Assembly (NCBI GenBank): GCA_949295995.1
Contig: CASFNK010000006.1
Coordinates: forward strand, 1,124 to 65,123
Direction of reading: 5' to 3'
Source: an uncultured Pseudomonadota bacterium
Lineage (GTDB): Bacteria; Pseudomonadota; Alphaproteobacteria; RF32; CAG-239
DNA: 64,000 nt
Part shown: piece by piece, positions 63,901 through 64,000 of the stretch
Layout: the number at the start of each line of letters is the position of its first letter
Numbering within the stretch: the stretch's first letter is position 1
Translations under genes and position numbers: made by a program
The notes under the pieces: generated by a model
What the model saw: the letters and a program-made list of their open reading frames with translations, nothing else
The model's database searches: none
Told to the model about the DNA's origin: nothing

Positions 63901-64000
63901 AAATGTAATAGGAAAAGTTCTTCCTGACGGCAGTGTTATAGACGGTTCGGGTAAAATAATAGGCAAAGTAGGAACAAACGGAGCAATCGTGGATGCCAAT
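60983..64000 (+). CDS. second giant decapeptide-repeat protein, 5' partial (at least 1006 codons, runs off the right edge)
   Basis: Absent from the ORF track (no stop in the window). TTG at 60983 lies 6 nt after GGAGGA (60971-60976) and 2 nt after the upstream stop. Product starts M-GLGKTKNKYCARTLKFINILFGILIFSFNAQAQEITAVDFNGDLIGKVIPDGKVV.... The same repeat type is still in frame at the last codons (GTNGAIVDAN). Confidence 0.7.
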   Translation, partial: MGLGKTKNKYCARTLKFINILFGILIFSFNAQAQEITAVDFNGDLIGKVIPDGKVVSFDNQLIGNVTADSLILNFDGEIIGGVIPQGIAIGNDNKPLGKVNNDGSVRLPSGKIIAKVLPNGLVLDEYFNVIGSVLFPGLVYSDDGKTVGRLTGDGLYTNLQGQAIGFVSPDGYAYRKVGQDYILDGRLISSKMVVSLRGEFIGSVAPGGNVTNFEAQTIGYVKANGFVYDKDNQIIGSIVRSGYALDNSGKYLGFVTYNGEVVDKNNIVGRVQADENIINEQGDIIGSVVDFSATATDLNGKYLGRVVPQGKVRKTKEDIGQVGNRGVILSSDGTLIGKIIKTGPVFDYRGSLKGHASKNGSIVTMEGTPAGYIMDNMAYENTGRAIGATMKNLLAISSNNSPLGVVGISGSVMDGEEKKYMSPFGYLFSADGKVVGVGLSLSSVYNITGTPVAQIMPNGQLTNKNVQSLGKLTQSGFNIDERNLIIGKNLDNGYFVDSQGNSIGLLNNSNLVQKRDGSILGKYIPDGSVVASQDNTSVNMMPQQGTGRTASLAMSFNGRLVGYANNLGIVKDFGGSNLGKITSEAILLDNTGSAIGGVIDYETAIDDKCSFLGVITSRGEVRNYRETVMGRSLLNGQVISENGSYIGYSVKPTAVIDYNGNVIGTVSSNGQVLNYNNNILGCIDKRGFLKSDEGISLAHTIEYYPVMSFNGVILGRSVLDGQVVNSENQFIGYTQANGNVNSKTGSPIGHLLKYRYAFSLANKYIGRITGDGNVIDGSGNNIGKIDFEGNVIKDNYKIGYALYDFYIYDNDFEVIGVIQKDGNVLSFVNQNLGHLSRGFLLDKNDEVKGRGNRDFYIRDDSNRILGELTLKGELKDINNNILGTITKNGNIIDSNGRVVAVAKPLQYYGEIVEREKVFDVNGNLLGYVNADGTVTDDKGNIIGSVQNGKVVDAKGNEIGELASTKIAYDANGNVIGKVLPDGSVIDGSGKIIGKVGTNGAIVDAN

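Overview
This is an AT-rich bacterial chromosomal segment. The gene content (cmk-rpsA, rsmE, an ELM1-family gene, an SH3_4/DUF1058-type gene, and a GANTC-dense regulatory region) suggests an alphaproteobacterium, possibly host-associated; this is inference only. Positions 1-26 kb hold mostly housekeeping and envelope genes: ogt, an orphan PilT/DotB-like ATPase, tRNA-Ser, a 1136-aa autotransporter, rpsA, cmk, rsmE, a LuxR-type response regulator, a CbpA-like J-protein, an M20 peptidase, tRNA-Arg followed by tRNA-fragment repeats, a frameshifted M15 peptidase gene, a vWA/PP2C/kinase cassette, a TlpA-like redoxin and gpt. Positions 26.0-37.7 kb (minus strand) hold a type IVb pilus operon syntenic with the IncI/R64 thin-pilus genes: PilL lipoprotein, PilN secretin, PilO, PilP, the assembly ATPase, the PilR platform protein and a PilS-like pilin, plus a PilT/DotB-family ATPase. 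Positions 38.0-64.0 kb (plus strand, divergently transcribed) hold a VirB-like type IV secretion locus with an unusual composition. It has three VirB2-like genes (one is a 1013-aa fusion), virB3, virB4, and four consecutive secreted coiled-coil proteins (263-1540 aa) where virB5/virB6 are expected. These are followed by virB8 - lipoprotein - virB8 - virB9 (with a SPOR-like tail). Last come two giant proteins (1307 aa and at least 1006 aa; the second runs off the window and is absent from the ORF track) made almost entirely of a ~10-residue D-x-x-G-N-[VI]-[IV]-G repeat, sitting where virB10 is expected. I recognised no canonical VirB1, VirB6, VirB10, VirB11, VirD4, relaxase, integrase, transposase, rRNA or CRISPR in the window. 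All family calls rest on motifs read by eye and on synteny; no database search was possible.
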